Assembly: GCF_009914755.1 (NCBI RefSeq)
Contig: NC_060936.1
From: the human T2T-CHM13v2.0 reference genome, Homo sapiens
Strand: one strand, 5' to 3'
DNA: 64,000 nt
The translations under genes and the position numbers were made by a program. This document shows positions 1 to 17,695 of this stretch, piece by piece. Position 1 is the first letter of the stretch. Each line of letters opens with the position of its first letter. Under the pieces are notes generated by a model. The model did no database searches. It was not told the origin of the DNA and saw only the letters and a list, made by a program, of their open reading frames with translations.

Positions 1-310
1 CACTTGTCAAGGGCAGGACCAGGTGGAGGTAATCGGATCATGAGGGTGGCTTCCTCTATGCTATTCTCATGATAATGAGTGATTCTCACGAGATCTGATG
101 CTTTTATAAGCATCTGGTATTTCCCCTGCTTGCACTCACTCCACTCTGCCACCTTGTGAAGAAGGTGCCTGCTTCTCCTTTGCCTTCAGCCATGATTGTA
201 AGTTTCCTGAGGCCTCCCAGCCATGTGTGTGAGTCAATTAAACCTCTTTCCTTTAAAAATTACCCAGTCTTGGGTATTTCTTCATAGAAGTGTGAGAACA
301 GACTAATACA
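1..310 (+). mobile_element. MaLR LTR (MSTA/THE1-type), 5' part outside window
   Basis: Typical MaLR text 'ccatgattgtaagtttcctgaggcctcccagcc...gagtcaattaaacctctttc...gactaataca', ending at 310. Confidence 0.85.
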
Positions 311-727
311 CCTGCAAAATGTGTGTATGTGTGTGTTGCAGAGAGTATTTTTGTATATTCCTAAGTATAAAATATATAAAATGTATTGGATATTAAACAT
401 TAGAGCTCATCCATTCAAATATTTGGAGGAAGTATCGCGGAAATTTTTAAGTATTTTTGGAACTATGTTGGAGATGTATTAAGTTCTCATTGCTGCTACA
501 ATAAATTACCACCAACTAGTGGCTTAAAATACTACAAATTTATCATTATACATTTCTGGAGGGCAGAAATCAAAGATGGGTGTTACTTACAGGGCTAAAA
601 TCATAAGAGTCAGCCGAGCTGTGTTTCTTTCGGAGGCTCTAGGGAAGAATTAATTTTCTTTCCTCTAACAGCTTCTAGAGGCCATCTTGGTTCTTATTCC
701 CTTTTCCATCATCAAAACCAGCAACAA

Positions 728-1352
<625 letters not shown>

Positions 1353-2011
1353 AGTAGCATAAAATCTTCAATCTGTCTTTCTCTCTGACTTTGTCTTTCT
1401 CTGACTTTGCTTCTATTGTCACATCTCTTTCTCTCTCTGACTTTCATAGCTCCCCCTCATAAAAACCCTGTCATTACATTGGGCCCACCTGCATAATACA
1501 GGATAATCTCCCATCTCAAGGTCCCTTAAATTAATCACACCTGAAAAGTCCTAGGCCCACTTAAATAAGGTGGTATATTCACAGGTACTTGGTGTTAGGA
1601 CACAGGTGTTTTGGGGGAGCCATTTTTCTGTCTACCACAAAAGAATATGAGAATAGAAAGGAAAAAAGGAGAGGGAAAAACATGCAGCCACTCATCCTTT
1701 ATTAACATTATTAGATTTCTACGGGCTGTCATTGCAAAGACCTCCTTCTATCACAATCAAATAAGTTTCTTATGAGCCCGTCTGGTAGCTTCTTATTCTT
1801 TCCCTGGAATGAAATTCTTTGTTCAGAGCCCTCCATGGGCTTTGGATCTGCTCCTGGAAGTTTCTTCGGATGCCGTTCTTGGGAACTGCATACTTTGGGG
1901 ACTCAGTTAATGATAGATGTTTAAGGACTAAAGATTGTTTTAGGAATAAAACAGGCTATTTCAGGCATTTCTTTAGCCAAACAATTTTATCACAAATATA
2001 GTCATCTCTTT

Positions 2012-2199
2012 TTTTTAATTTTATTATTATTATACTTTAAGTTCTTTAAGTTTTAGGGTACATGTGCACAACGTGCAGGTTTGTTACATACGTATCTGAG
2101 GACTGTTGTGGGGTGAGGGATTTGGGAGGGATAGCATTAGGAGATATACCTAATGCTAAATGACGAGTTAATGGGGGCAGCACACCAATATGGCACATG
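2012..2199 (-). mobile_element. Very short 5'-inverted L1PA 3' end
   Basis: Minus-strand L1 terminus 2012-2095 joined to plus-strand L1 3'UTR 2096-2199. 15-bp TSD tatagtcatctcttt at 1997-2011 and 2200-2214. Confidence 0.9.
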
Positions 2200-2545
2200 T
2201 ATAGTCATCTCTTTACTTCAACTAATTTCACTGTTTCTAGTTAGTTCCATGTGTAAGTAACCAAATCCAAATATTTCATTAGACATCTTTTATTAGCCTG
2301 GAACCTAGTCTTCTACTTATTGAGCTTCAGGCTCTGCCCATTCCTTCTTCTCTTATTTAAATTGAGGATAGCTTGAGGCCATCTGAAACTTCAGGTTTGT
2401 GTAGGAAGGCAAAATCTTTAATTTGCTTTCTGTTTCTCCCACGTTTAGCAGAGAATTCCTAAAGGAAGCTACTTCAAAAATCTGCTTCAGTCTTAACCAC
2501 CTACTAGTGTATTTGAAGCCATCATTTACAACTGTTTCGATTTGT

Positions 2546-2895
2546 ATACTATGGTTTGAAAATTTGTCCTCCCCAAAACTCATGTTGAAATTTAATTGTC
2601 ATTGTAACAATATTGAGAGCTGGGACCTTTAGGATGTGATTAAACCATGAGGGATATTAATGCCAGTATGGTGAAATTAATGCCAGTATAAAAAGGCAAG
2701 TTCAGCCCCTTTTAGTTTCTGTTTGCTCTTCTGTTTCCCACCATGTGATGACACAGCAAGAAGACCCTCACCAGAAGTCAGCCTCTTGATCTTAAACTTT
2801 CTAGGCTCCAGAATTGTGAGGAAATAAATTTCTGTTCACTCTAAATTAGTAAGTTTCTGATGTTTTATTATAGCAGCACGAAATGAACTGAGACA
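2546..2895 (+). mobile_element. MaLR LTR (MSTD/MLT1A-like)
   Basis: 'ctatggtttgaa...ccccaaaactcatgttgaaatttaat...ccatgtgatgacacagcaagaagaccctcaccag...aataaatttctgttc...aactgagaca'. Confidence 0.75.
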
Positions 2896-4149
2896 TTGGT
2901 GTACAGAGTAGTTGGCTTTTTAACCATGCAAAGCCTCAAATTACAGACTATCCATTAATTTAAATTCTGGTTATAGGTAGAAAGTGCCTATTTTAGCAGT
3001 TATATTTGCTCTGTGCCTACTTTATTGAAATCAGAATGAACCATCCAACACAGATGACGTCTTCTAAACTGTTCCTGTTATTTGTCATAATGCTACAATC
3101 TCAGTGGATATGTGAACTGCCTTTCAAGACATCAATGGCAGCAGTTTAACTACATTTTTTTTAATGGCCATAGTACAATAGGAGCCACTAGCTTCATAGT
3201 TGGCAATATCTGTGCCTTTGCTACTTATTATTTGGTAAAAACAATGTCAAATATTTTAGTTGTGTGCAGCACTGTACTTTGAAGTTAAATTTGTTTTTTT
3301 TAGAATTAAGATTATCTATGAAAAATAAAAAAGACATAGAAGTAAAATAGGAGTTTGTTTTTCTCTTACAACATCTGAAAGGCAGTCTAAAGTTAGCATG
3401 CCTCCTCAGGATGTCATGGACATCTTACCATCAAGTTGCTCTTCCACACATGGCTTCAAATTCTTGTATCTGTATTCTAGGTAACAAAATATAGGATGAT
3501 TGCAGAAAGAAAATCTCATGACATTTCTACCTGTATACATTTTGCCAGATCTTGGTCACATGATTACACAAAGCTGCAAGGAAAGCTAGAAAATATAATT
3601 TTTACTGTAGATAGGAGCCATTTTTTCAACTAAAAGTCAGGGATTCTATTACAGCAAAAGAAGAGAGATCAGAAATGTCTAAATTTACCCTTGGCTGTAC
3701 TTGGGGAAATTCTAAAAATATCCCACTATAAAATAGCCTAGAATTTACCTCCTAGGAGCCAGATAAAATTTACCTAGGATCAGGTATGGGCATTGGTACT
3801 AAAAACAAATGTCAAAAACCTCACTATTGATTTAATTGTGTAGACATCATTGAGAATCCCTGAATTTTGTCATTACAGAAGACTTTGTTGAGGAGATATA
3901 AGTAAACCCAACCCTTAAAGAATGGGTTTGGGTTTGGATTGGTAGATAATGGAATGACAGAATTGAAATTAGGCATTTCAGGTCAGGAACAGGACAGTGT
4001 CCGTGTCTTTAGTGTTTCCTTATAAAAAGCCATGACAACCGTTTATGGATTAAGGAAATATATGCGTATTACTTCACCAACATTCCACTTCCCTCTTTGA
4101 ACCTGTTTAGAATTGTTTAGAATTGGTGACTGTTAGAAGTCACCAAGAA

Positions 4150-4275
4150 GACTTCTGGTGAGGGTCTTCTTGCTGTGTCATCACATGGTGGGAAACAGAA
4201 GAGCAAACAGAAACTAAAAGGGGCTGAACTTGCCTTTTTATACTGGCATTAATTTCACCATACTGGCATTAATAT
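4150..4275 (-). repeat. Perfect 126-bp inverted copy of 2654-2779
   Basis: Base-by-base reverse-complement identity with 2654-2779, read by eye. Confidence 0.95.
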
Positions 4276-5719
4276 TAATTGTTTGTTTAGAACCAAACAA
4301 TTCCATTCTGATGGTTTACACACAGATTTCTCCTCTTTTTCTGGCCTTTCATGGAGCAGTCATCTGGACTTCTATGTAACTTTTCCCCAAGTTCCTGCCT
4401 CAACTCCTCATACTTCAATTTTATGCATACAGATGTTCAGTTAATCCCAGCCAAATATTGCTAACCTTTGTATTGAACCTAAGTTCCCTTGAAAATACAA
4501 CTAGCATCCCACATCTCAACCCACCCATCCAGCAAAAATAGAATGGCATAGAAAAAACTTTAACAGAAGCAAAAATCATCCAATACATACAGTTTAAACC
4601 ACAGATTATAGGTTGGTTTCCAATTCTTTTAGTCTAATTTACTTTATATACATTTTTTATACATTTTGCTTCCAGTTTGTGGTCATCATTCTCCTAAGAC
4701 ATATATTTTACTTTTATGCATACTACCAATCTCCATACTTTTTCAAGGGTCAGCTCCAAATTCCAATTATCAATTAAGTAGTACAATGCATGTAGATTAG
4801 GAGAATGCCAAAGTTGGTAGAGCAGCACTGTAAATATGCCTTCTAGTTCTCTGGTTGGTAATCAGAGCATTATTTATTAGATAGTCTTTGATTTAAGCTC
4901 AAAATGCCCTTATGACAACATGGAATATTTTCTAGAAGTATTTTAAACTTGGTGAATACTTATTTCAAATAACTCATTCTCAAAATTACCTTTCTTTAGA
5001 TTCAGGTCGTTTTACATTTATTCTTTTAAAAATATGCTCTACATTAACTCTGAAATCTCTCCTCCAGAGCTTGGCCAAATTATCATGTTGATTGCATTCC
5101 CACTTCTTAATTTCCAAAGTGCACCAGGAAATTGTAGAGGTGCAGCACAGTCTATGCTAGGTTCACATTCACTTACTGTGCTAATGAAAGGTTTAAGCCT
5201 TTGGTATTGGTAGCTTAGTAGCTCTCTCTGTGTATGTGCCTAAATTTGGTAGCATAAAGAAAATTTCTATCACTGGGGGCTAAAGTAGTAATCAAAACAG
5301 GGTTATCAATGGCATTAATTTGTAAAGATTTAGATGCTCACATTTGCTGCTTCTCTTTCAATTGCCACCAGGGATGCAGTCACTGAAGCAAACTTAATCA
5401 GAAAATATAATATTTTATAGGACCAACCAAACACAAAGAAAATCACATTCCAAATGCAAAAACTTCCAGAATATACTAGATATAGTAAATATGACATATA
5501 ATTTAAGTAATAAGATCTTGCAGGTTAATCATAATTAGAAGTGCTGAACATTAGGAATTATTAAAAAGCAAAACTATCAACTATTTGATCTTTTACATGT
5601 GTTGTGCCCATGAAATGTATACTCTGTGATTTGTATCAGCATAAGAATTGGCCAAAGAAGATACAACTTCCTGTATTGTACCGGCTGAATATAATTCAAA
5701 ACATGTAGGAAAATATAAT

Positions 5720-6085
5720 AGTGAAACTCATAGAAGCAGAAGATACAATAGTGGTTGTCAGGGGCTGAGGGGTGGGGGAAATAGAAAGTTGTTCAATGCT
5801 TATAAAGTTTCAGTTAGGGTAGATGAATAAGTTCTAGAGATCTGTACAACATAGTGCCTATAATTAATAGCACAGATTTATGCACTTCAAATTTTGTTAA
5901 GAGAACTCATTTTAAGCATTTTTATCACAATACAACAACAACAAAACAAAGGGACACAAAGAAACTTTGGGAGATGCTAGAAATGTCTATTACCTTCATT
6001 GTGGTGATGGTATCCCAAAAGTCTGCATATGTCCAAACTCTACATATTAAATATGTTCATTTTTTGATAAATTATACCATAATAA
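5720..6085 (+). mobile_element. Old L1M (L1MA/MB) 3' end fragment
   Basis: 'tagtggttgtcaggggctgagg...gatgaataagttctagagatctgtacaacat...gtggtgatggt'. Confidence 0.7.
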
Positions 6086-6369
6086 TACTGTTTATAAGAG
6101 TGTAGGAGACAGAGGCTCTGATGTAAGTCCTATAATCACAAATGACAAATCTAGATACATGTTTGTATTTGCTTATAAGTCTAATCTGCCATTTAGGAGT
6201 CTCAAACTTTAAAAAATAAAAAGGACATTTTTCATCTAGCCTCAGTATCAAACTCTGCTGTCTTTAACCCGATTTTTAAAAAAGAGAAAGAAAAAATGGA
6301 ATAAAGGAATAGTATAATCATACATGATATTTGAGCATATTAAAATGCCACTTCAATTAAAGAAAATTC

Positions 6370-8806
<2,437 letters not shown>

Positions 8807-9714
8807 AAAGAATACATTTTGTGAAACAATATGAAAGAAACTGCAAATAGAGGTTACCCTCTGAAAAAGAACACAAGTTAAAAAAGGAGGTGGAGATTTA
8901 CTGTGTACTTTAAGCCTGTTGATTTTATCTGAACCAGTTGATTTTATTCAAATGTTTTTAAAAAGGAATTGAAAAGCTCCTAGTAGCAAGCAAATACGTT
9001 GAGTTTTCTGCTGTTGCTCAGCAGAAGATCCTGACCCCTTGGTGACCATTCTCTTTGGCCTTGGAATTCCTTTTAAGTTGCATCAATGAGGCATGTTTTT
9101 GTAGAGACTGACCCTGACCTTTCAAATTTTATATTTTTATTAATAACTGAAGTCCAGGCAAAGTAAACCAATAGCCTGAGATGAAGGTGACCACAGAATG
9201 AGACAATTAATTCTTGACAGAGACAAATGCATTCACCCCTACTGTTCAATACAATCTACCATTTGCCAAGCATATTACGACCACCAAGGCTTTGCCTGCT
9301 TAGCCAAACCAATAGCTGCTTTGTAGCACCCTCTTGGCTAACACTGAGAATTGTCAAGTGTTAGTCCTGGAAAAGGTCTTGAAAATAATTTATTCCAGCC
9401 CTTACATCTGGTATATTAGGAGTCCAAGGCCTAGCAATTATCTGGTCACTCAGCTAAGTGAAACTAATATGTTTTCTAACGCCTAGTTGAGTGTTATTGA
9501 CACTGGATACAATGGTTTTGGAAATCCAATAATTTTCAAAGATGTATACAGATAACTCTTTTGCTTTTTCCTTTATTTGGTGTTTATTGACATGCTATCT
9601 GAGTGCTTTGGGTGGAATTTTAATTTTCAGATGATGACCCGTAACAGCTACACAAGCCTTATGCCTTCAGAATGACCCATAGATATCCGCTCTTTCTGTC
9701 AGGGATTCTTTTGA

Positions 9715-9985
9715 AGCATCATGATTAAAAGCAAGAACTCTAGAATTGCAGAGTCTAAACTTAAATTCTAACTCTGTAACTTACCAGCTGTATAATATTG
9801 AGTGTGTTTGTTTCTTGGTATCTGTTTCCTCACATATAAAATGGGAAAAATAATAATGCCTACTTCATAGGGTGCTAATGAGAATTAAGTAAAATACTAC
9901 TTAATGTTAGGGTTAGAAAAGTGCCTGGCACATGATAGGTATTCAATAAATGCTAACTATTACTACTACTAATGCTATTATTATT
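9715..9985 (+). mobile_element. MIR
   Basis: Core 'tctgtttcctcacatataaaatggg...aataataatgcctacttcatagggt...gtgcctggcacatgatagg'. Confidence 0.75.
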
Positions 9986-10644
9986 TCCAGTACCTGGAAT
10001 TATAATCTGTTCTCCTATTAGTGTATGAACCAAACTTTCCTTTGGATTCTTGAAATAACTCCCTCAAATTCTTGCCTGATCACAACTTTCCTCTTTCCAT
10101 CTCATCATTTCCACTGCTGCTAGCATTAACTTTATTTAATATTAAGTCTGGTATTGTTATTCTCCTTGTAAAACCTTTTAATGGCTCCCTATCATGTGGC
10201 TAAAATCTAAACTCTCTGGCATGGCAAACAAGGCCATTTTTTGTTTTGAGTTAATAGGTCATCATCAAATGATGGCCTTTCCCCCATCTCATGCATGATA
10301 AAATTATAAAGCAGGAAGAGTGGTAGCTTGTTCCAGTTGTTCTGTCTTGTTATTGGATATCCTCTTTTATGATGTGATCTTATGGCATTGAAGTGTGGTC
10401 CTGTGTAAAAGTGGTTCTGTGTAAAATTTTTGAAGAAATCCACATTTTAGGTTAGTAAGTTATTAAAAATTATACTTTTTTATTTTATTCAATTCAGTGT
10501 GTTTAGATTCAGTAAGTCTGGAAATACTGTACAATAATACTAATATGACAACACATTTATTTAGTTAAACGATACATTTTATAACCTCTTTTGACAGTGT
10601 AGGTGGCTAACGGTAGCACCAAAAACCCTTACATACTGGTATAG

Positions 10645-11590
10645 TCATCTCTAGCCCAGAATGTCCTACTCTGTTTCACACCTTTATATGACTGGCCTAC
10701 TGGATTTCTGCATATAGAGATATCACAAATATTTTAAACTTGACAATAAAATATAGGTTTGACTTCCTTTGTTCTCTGTCCAGCCAGTTCTCCCAACCAA
10801 AACCTGGAATGCATTTGACATTTCTGCTTTTCATTCACCACTAAAACCCAATCAGTCACAGATTGCTTCCTGATTGTTTTCAAAACTGTTCTGTCCTCTC
10901 CCTTCCAGCAATCATTACTCTCGTCACTTCTTTGGATTCTCATTATTTCTTGTCTAGATTATTACAATGACCTCCCTTCCAAATCTCTCTGCCTCTAGAC
11001 TCATTCCACTTGAGCTCATGCTATTTAAATGGAATCATTTTACTTTCCTGCTCAAGATCCCCAGTGGCCCTCCCGTAAAGCTTCAAAGACAAAATTCAAA
11101 TTCCTCAATCTGAGATGTAAAGTCTTTCATAAATATTCTTCTGTCTACTTCTCTGGACTTACTTAATCCTATTTCCTTAAATATGCCATTTATTCCATTC
11201 ATACCCAAGTGCTTGTATTTCCCTAAATGCTGCGCTGTTTCATGACTGTGCCAATTGTACTCTTAATCTCTTCGTCTGGAATGCCCGTATCCTGTTTTCT
11301 CTACTCGCTTATTCATTTGCTCAACTCCTTTCTACACATTTTAAAAATTAGCTTCAGTGTCCCTTTGTCTTTAGGGAGCCTTACTTGATGTACGATAATT
11401 AAAAGATCTTCTGTGCTCTACTAATCCTCCTTAAATACCCAGTTATAAGACACTTTCCTGATATTATCAGTTTTCTTATCTCCATCATCCTCCTGAATGT
11501 GATCTTCTTGAAGGCAGGAGCCGCACACTGTTTATCTTTGTATGCTGTAATGCATTCACCTGACTGTCATTTAGTCTGTAAAGAAATACA
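10645..11590 (+). mobile_element. L2 3' fragment
   Basis: Pyrimidine-rich L2 text 'tctagattattacaatgacctcc', 'cctgctcaagatcccagtggc', 'tcttgaaggcagg'. Confidence 0.65.
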
Positions 11591-12055
11591 AAGGTCCTTG
11601 TCACAGCGGCAGCAAGAGTTAGAGAGCAATTCTCAAAGGAAAGATAAGCAAGAGCAACCCTTCACTTTAGGAAGAATCCAGGTTTGATTATTTTAAGAAA
11701 GCTGTAATATCTCCTTATATTGACACTTGTTTGCTTACACTGACACTCAACAAATACACTTTCAATGATTTCATGCATGAGTAAATGACAAGAATTAAGT
11801 TCTACTGAAAAAGCTTCAAATATCTCCCTATATAACGGGCCCTTCCCAGAATATACATTTTTAGATTCTGCAGGTAGAAGGACATCCCAGAGGAATGGTG
11901 CAATTCTAAGTTTATGACAATACAGACCAGGATCTGCTGTGTCCATTAATAGCATGTGGATTCTAGTGATTCTAATTATCTACATGGGTGCCTCAGTGGC
12001 TGCTGCATTTTCAATATTTCTCACAGATGATTGTGATTGAAAAACAGACACAATC

Positions 12056-13956
<1,901 letters not shown>

Positions 13957-14684
13957 GAAAAATAGACACAATCTTCCACTGAAGCAAAGAAGGAAAGTAG
14001 TATTTGGTTAGCAATAAACTACTGTTTTGTAGAGGGTCTGCTTATTCCATGTTTTTATGCCTATCCTCTCCTACACATAAAAATATCAAAACCTAGAAGT
14101 TTAAAGATTTTTCTAATTAACCAGAGTTAAATGTGTCCTATGTTTATTTACCCAGGAGGCTTCATAAGATAAGAGTGCTTTTATAGCAATTACCTAATCC
14201 TTGCTTTGGCACAGATAGTCATCTACATGAAAGAGAAGAAATGTCTTGCAACTGGGTATTCCATCATAGATTTTCTGTGATATTGGTACTGGTTGAAAAG
14301 CACTGTATCTCTTTACATCTATAAATACCCCATGCTTAGAAAAATGAATGAGCTATAAATAGTTTTGATGGAATTTATTTACTTAAAGGAAAAAAAGTAG
14401 TAGAATTTTTGTTAAAATACTAACATAGATGTAATGTTCTATGACACTGACAAAATAGAACTAGGTCCCTTTTATGTTGAGAATGTATAATTCCCAAGTA
14501 AAAGATGTTAAGAGCAGGTCTGGGTAAGTTAGATAAAACTTGCTCTTTTCTTCCCACAAATTATCTAGTTAATTCCTTTATTTTTCACAATCTAATTATC
14601 CAAACAATAATGACTATGTGTCACTGATCTTTTAAAATGGATCAGGTCAGGAGCCAGTTTTATGAACTTAATTATTGTTCTCTG

Positions 14685-14820
14685 TCACTTATACTAGAAA
14701 GTAAGTTTCATGAGAGCAGGAACATGCTTTTGTTGCTCACAGCTGAATCTCCATTATCTTGTGCAGCTTCATAAACATACAGGTAATAGGTTCTCCTTAA
14801 ATGTTTGATAAATGAATAAA
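14685..14820 (+). mobile_element. L2 3' end
   Basis: 'gtaagtttcatgagagcagg...aaatgtttgataaatgaataaa'. Confidence 0.6.
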
Positions 14821-15157
14821 CAGCCTCAATTGAGTTAAAAGATACGGAAGTTAGGACAGCAATCCATCTCATAGGATTAAACAGGCAAGGCTTCATTACC
14901 TACTCAACTCATCCAAAAGGTTAAATAGGCAATAGAATAAACAGAACATACATAGTGTTGTTGACACTAATATCTGCACAGATGTGATTTTAGATAGTTA
15001 TCTCTCTTTTGCAAATATATTATGCAATCCCAAACAGGGCAAGGTTAAAAGAGTAGAATTTCAGTAGGATGTTTTTAGGAGTACTAGGCAGAATTGTCTG
15101 TAAAAATATATTTAATCAGTAATCGGGAAACAATGAATATTTTATAACAATAATTCC

Positions 15158-15710
15158 TGATAAAAAGTATTTAATTTAAAAAATGTTTTAACAGAGTTTA
15201 TTTGAGCAAAGAACAATTCGTGATTTGGGCAGCCTCCTGAGCTAGAGTAGGCTCAGAGAGACTCCAGCGCAGCCATGTGATGGAAGAAGATTTGTGGATA
15301 GGAAAAGGAAAATGATGTCCAGAATATGGACATAAGGTACAGAAACAGCCGGATTGGTTACAGCTCGGCATTTGCCTTATTTGAGTATGGTTTGAACACT
15401 TGGCCCCCTTTGGCCAAAACTCATTGTTACAAGAGTAAGTTACAATCTGTTTATACCTCCATTTAGGTTATAATTTACTATGTATAGATAAACCTTTAAT
15501 CTAAACTTAAAATATGTAAGGAGGCCTCTTTAGGCTAAACTTGATTTAACAATTTCCCCCTTTTAGTTATCCTCTCAATTTTGAGGTATTGACCAAAAGT
15601 TTAGTCATTGATGTCACTATCACCATCATAAATGTACTTATTTAGTCTTGAAACTCACTAGGAAATAGCAGAACAGTGGGTTTAGTAACACTTCTTATTG
15701 CCCATGGAAA
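15158..15710 (-). mobile_element. ERV1 MER57-like LTR (15158-15551) plus adjacent internal 3' sequence
   Basis: Reverse complement begins 'tgttaaatcaagtttagcctaaagaggcctccttacatattttaagttt' (MER57-type start), preceded by the polypurine tract aaaagggggaaat. Confidence 0.7.
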
Positions 15711-15719
15711 AATACAGCG

Positions 15720-16370
15720 AGTATTACATAGATTCAGTTGTAGAGGATTAAGAGCAGGCTGCTTGACTAAAGCAAGTAGATTCTTTATGTAGCACATTCT
15801 TTGATCTATTTGATTCTGATTGGTTTGGTTCATGGGGACTCTAGCTAAGGAGCATACTCCAAACTCTTGGCATTATTCTCCTGATAGCCATAGTAGTCTA
15901 CCTAGTGCATTGTATTCTCTCAAAGGTTGTAAATGTTTGCATGCAGCCATCTCTGGAATGTCAAATGGTCTTTCTCCAACTGGAATGGCAAGAGCTCAAA
16001 GAAATGTGTAATCCTGAGGGCACTGTAACCTATGAATGATGTGCTGAGACCAGAAATCCAAAATGATGGTAACTGACAGTGATGCTAAGGCTCTATGTTT
16101 TAGTCATACTCTCACTTAAAGTGAGAACATGACTAAAAGGGGGAAAATTTAAAAACAAAATTATGGGAGGCAATTGTTTGGACTGAGGTTATACACTAGG
16201 CCCCAGCAGACTAGACCAAACCAAAATGGAGTCACTCATGCTAAATGCAACATAATCAAATGAAGGCTTTAAGGAAACATATTCTAGAACAGATCAGCTT
16301 TTGTTTTTCTTCTGTAAACAGAAGATTCCAACACAAGGAGATACATTCTACTCTAAACCTTACAACAAAA
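15720..16370 (+). mobile_element. ERV1 env TM remnant, PPT and partial LTR
   Basis: Frame from 15797 reads FFDLFDSDWFGSWGL*LRSILQTLGIILLIAIVVYLVHCILSKV (env membrane anchor), then PPT aaaagggggaaaa at ~16135 and LTR text 'ggactgagg...actaggcccc...accaaaatggagtcactcatgcta'. Confidence 0.65.
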
Positions 16371-17069
16371 AGAGTATTCATTTTTTATATGTATTACAGC
16401 CTTAATTGAGTAAGTCTTTGTTAAATAACTACTATGCATAAAGAAGAGTCTTAGGTGGAACAAGAGAAAGCATAAAAAATTATTCTCTACCAGCCCATTC
16501 AAGGGAGATTTTGTTCACCTTTCTTGGCTCACTTTTCTTCTCATACATTGAAAGTGTTAATTATTTTCTTTATTTAAAAATTTTAACTTTATCTGGGATA
16601 TTGAAGTAATGTAGCACTTCCTGGAGTCATCACAGAACTTCACACATTATTGGTTTCTGTGATCAGTACATTACTTAGATAATCATATTTGGAAACCTTT
16701 CAAAGCAGAGACTGCATGATATATGTGAAAAAAATGTCATAGCAAATTGGATTTCAAACTAAGAAAGTTTAAAGCAGGATTTTTTCCATTGGTGTTGGAT
16801 GTTAATGGAGGCTGTTATTGATCACAGTCTCCATAGTTATTTATGAATAAGTCCTCTGGATGTGCAGATAAAAAAAATCAATGCCATTTGGCTATAGAGA
16901 AGATAAATTTAATTGTCCTATTAAGTTCAGGGCACTATATAAATGATGACAAGCCATCCAACCAACATGGATTCTGAAACTTGAATACAGTCATTTATTT
17001 TTTAATCCCATAAGAGCTTTAAAAAGTATCAGCCAGTGTCAGGCCTTGACTGGACTCACTGGTTAAAAG

Positions 17070-17695
17070 AAAAAAAAGAGGATATTACAGTACAACATAA
17101 TATAGCAGGGTACTTCAGAAGCACTAACAAGGGACTTTGGGAGCACCTAATGGGATGTTGTTCTCTCCAACAGAGAGAGAAGAAAAAATATGTCACACTC
17201 AAGAAATTGAAAGATTGAGTGGATCATAGGCATTAACAGTGGGGTGTGTGTGTGTGTGTGTGTGTTTGTGTGTTTGTGTGTGTGTTTGAAAAGGAATTAG
17301 TGAAGAGAGGTAGGATGGATAAGTCTTAAACCTGCAGATGTAAACTGGAACCTGCATCAATAACAACTGCAGACTTTTTCCTAAGAGCAACAGGAAACTT
17401 TTGATGGAGTTAATGAAGGAGAACAATGTGATCAGACTGTTAGAGATCTCTGGCTGTAGTGTGGACAAAGAAGTGCAGCCACTGAGATGGAAGGGAAGTA
17501 AGTTAGATTGCTGTCAGAGTGCTTTTGGAGATTGAAGTCAGAAATAATAATGGTTTCATACGGGATGGTGCTAGTGGAAAATGAGAAAGTTGGTGGATTT
17601 GAGAGGTAGTTAAAATACAGAAGAGACGGGATGGATTGTGTGACAGGATATGGGGACAGAGAAAGGTTTAAAAGTGATTTCTGGTTTCTGAATTG
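17070..17695 (-). mobile_element. L2 fragments, interrupted by (TG)n
   Basis: Purine-rich L2 antisense text 'gtgatcagactgttagagatctctggctgtagtgtgga', 'tggatttgaga'. Confidence 0.5.
17245..17287. repeat. (TG)n microsatellite, interrupted
   Basis: Direct reading. Confidence 0.9.

Noticed and set aside
3904-3935. Imperfect hairpin aaacccaaccc/gggtttgggttt, telomere-like
   Set aside because: Low complexity, not TTAGGG, and too short to exceed chance.
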